259 nucleotides of DNA from Escherichia coli (GTDB lineage Bacteria; Pseudomonadota; Gammaproteobacteria; Enterobacterales; Enterobacteriaceae). Below are positions 1 through 259 of the stretch, one piece after another. The translations under genes and the position numbers were made by a program. The notes beneath the pieces are model-generated. The model was not told the origin of the DNA. It saw only the letters and a list, made by a program, of their open reading frames with translations, and searched no databases. Position 1 is the stretch's first letter, and every line of letters starts with the position of its first letter. The stretch is taken from the NCBI RefSeq assembly GCF_003334385.1, contig NZ_QOWN01000217.1; one strand, written 5' to 3'.

Positions 1-259
1 CCAGCGCTTCAATCTCTTTTTTCATCGTGCGCTGTCTGACATGAATTTCCAGACCTTTGGTAAACATCGCCTGCTCTGCAGCAGCACTCAGAGCAATCAG
101 TGTTTCAGCGTCCATCGGTACGTCATTATTGTCCGCATCCGTCCAGAAAAACGCCTCCGGCAGTTTCCCCGCTTTCGCTGCCGCCACCGACGGCTCAAGA
201 CGCGTCTGCGTTGACTTCCCGTAGTCCCATTTACGCCCATTGTGCTCAAACGTGTAGTT
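1..259 (-). CDS. Partial CDS, both ends outside the window; hypothetical protein, possibly a phage tail-fibre-assembly-like (Tfa-like) accessory protein (functional call is low confidence)
   Basis: Seen in sequence: the reverse-complement reading frame starting at position 259 is open for all 86 codons (plus positions 259 down to 2), with no TAA/TAG/TGA. The translation has a balanced, protein-like composition, while the other two minus frames hit stops quickly (one at the fourth codon, the other after about 53 codons) and the mirror plus frame gives an Arg/Cys/His-rich product typical of antisense noise. Third-position G/C bias and codon choice fit enterobacterial coding sequence. Functional hint is from memory only: the segment E5-W39 (EHNGRKWDYGKSTQTRLEPSVAAAKAGKLPEAFFW) loosely resembles the lambda Tfa region EDHRGKTVYD...GPLPENVTW. 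The confidence value refers to the existence of the CDS, not to the function. Confidence 0.8.

Noticed and set aside
17-22. T6 homopolymer on the plus strand (A6 on the coding strand, Lys-Lys codons); a shorter A5 run sits at 146-150
   Set aside because: The runs are too short to call a phase-variation tract, and the reading frame is intact through both.
78-87. Short GCA/CAG trinucleotide repeat (about three units)
   Set aside because: It simply encodes an Ala-Ala-Ala stretch in the minus-strand frame and is below any meaningful repeat threshold.
104-139. Acidic stretch DADNNDVPMDAE that superficially resembles a 12-residue EF-hand calcium-binding loop (D at 1, D at 3, N at 5, E at 12)
   Set aside because: Position 6 is Asp rather than the usual Gly, and position 8 is Pro rather than a hydrophobic Ile/Leu/Val, so it does not fit the canonical loop. 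Most likely it is just an acidic surface loop.
198-207. Perfect 10-bp palindrome AGACGCGTCT (contains an MluI-type ACGCGT core)
   Set aside because: It is short enough to occur by chance in a window this size, lies within coding sequence (encoding Gln-Thr-Arg-Leu on the minus strand), and has no partner half-sites or flanking signals suggesting an operator.
2-214. Plus-strand ORF in the mirror frame, open for 70 codons (positions 2-211) before TGA at 212-214
   Set aside because: It is the codon-for-codon antisense of the minus-strand frame. Its openness only reflects the scarcity of TCA/TTA/CTA codons in the real gene, and its product is Arg/Cys/His-rich with no protein-like character.
211-216. 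TTGACT, a -35-like hexamer on the plus strand
   Set aside because: No acceptable -10 hexamer (TATAAT-like) sits 16-18 bp downstream, and it is inside the coding frame of the opposite strand.

Overview
The whole 259-bp window lies inside one uninterrupted open reading frame on the minus strand, partial at both ends (86 codons, no stop; codon boundaries fall on plus positions 2-259). It translates, N- to C-terminal, to NYTFEHNGRKWDYGKSTQTRLEPSVAAAKAGKLPEAFFWTDADNNDVPMDAETLIALSAAAEQAMFTKGLEIHVRQRTMKKEIEAL. Composition (about 53% GC by manual count) and codon choice (frequent CTG, GCG, CCG, ACG, AAA, GAA) look enterobacterial, but that is an inference. I cannot assign a function with confidence by eye. 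The only lead is a weak resemblance to the N-terminal region of phage tail-fibre assembly (Tfa-like) proteins, which needs a database or HMM search to confirm. I see no RNA gene, CRISPR repeat, mobile-element end, promoter or terminator. A window this small, fully inside one gene, cannot show a multi-gene system, and I found no evidence of a novel one.
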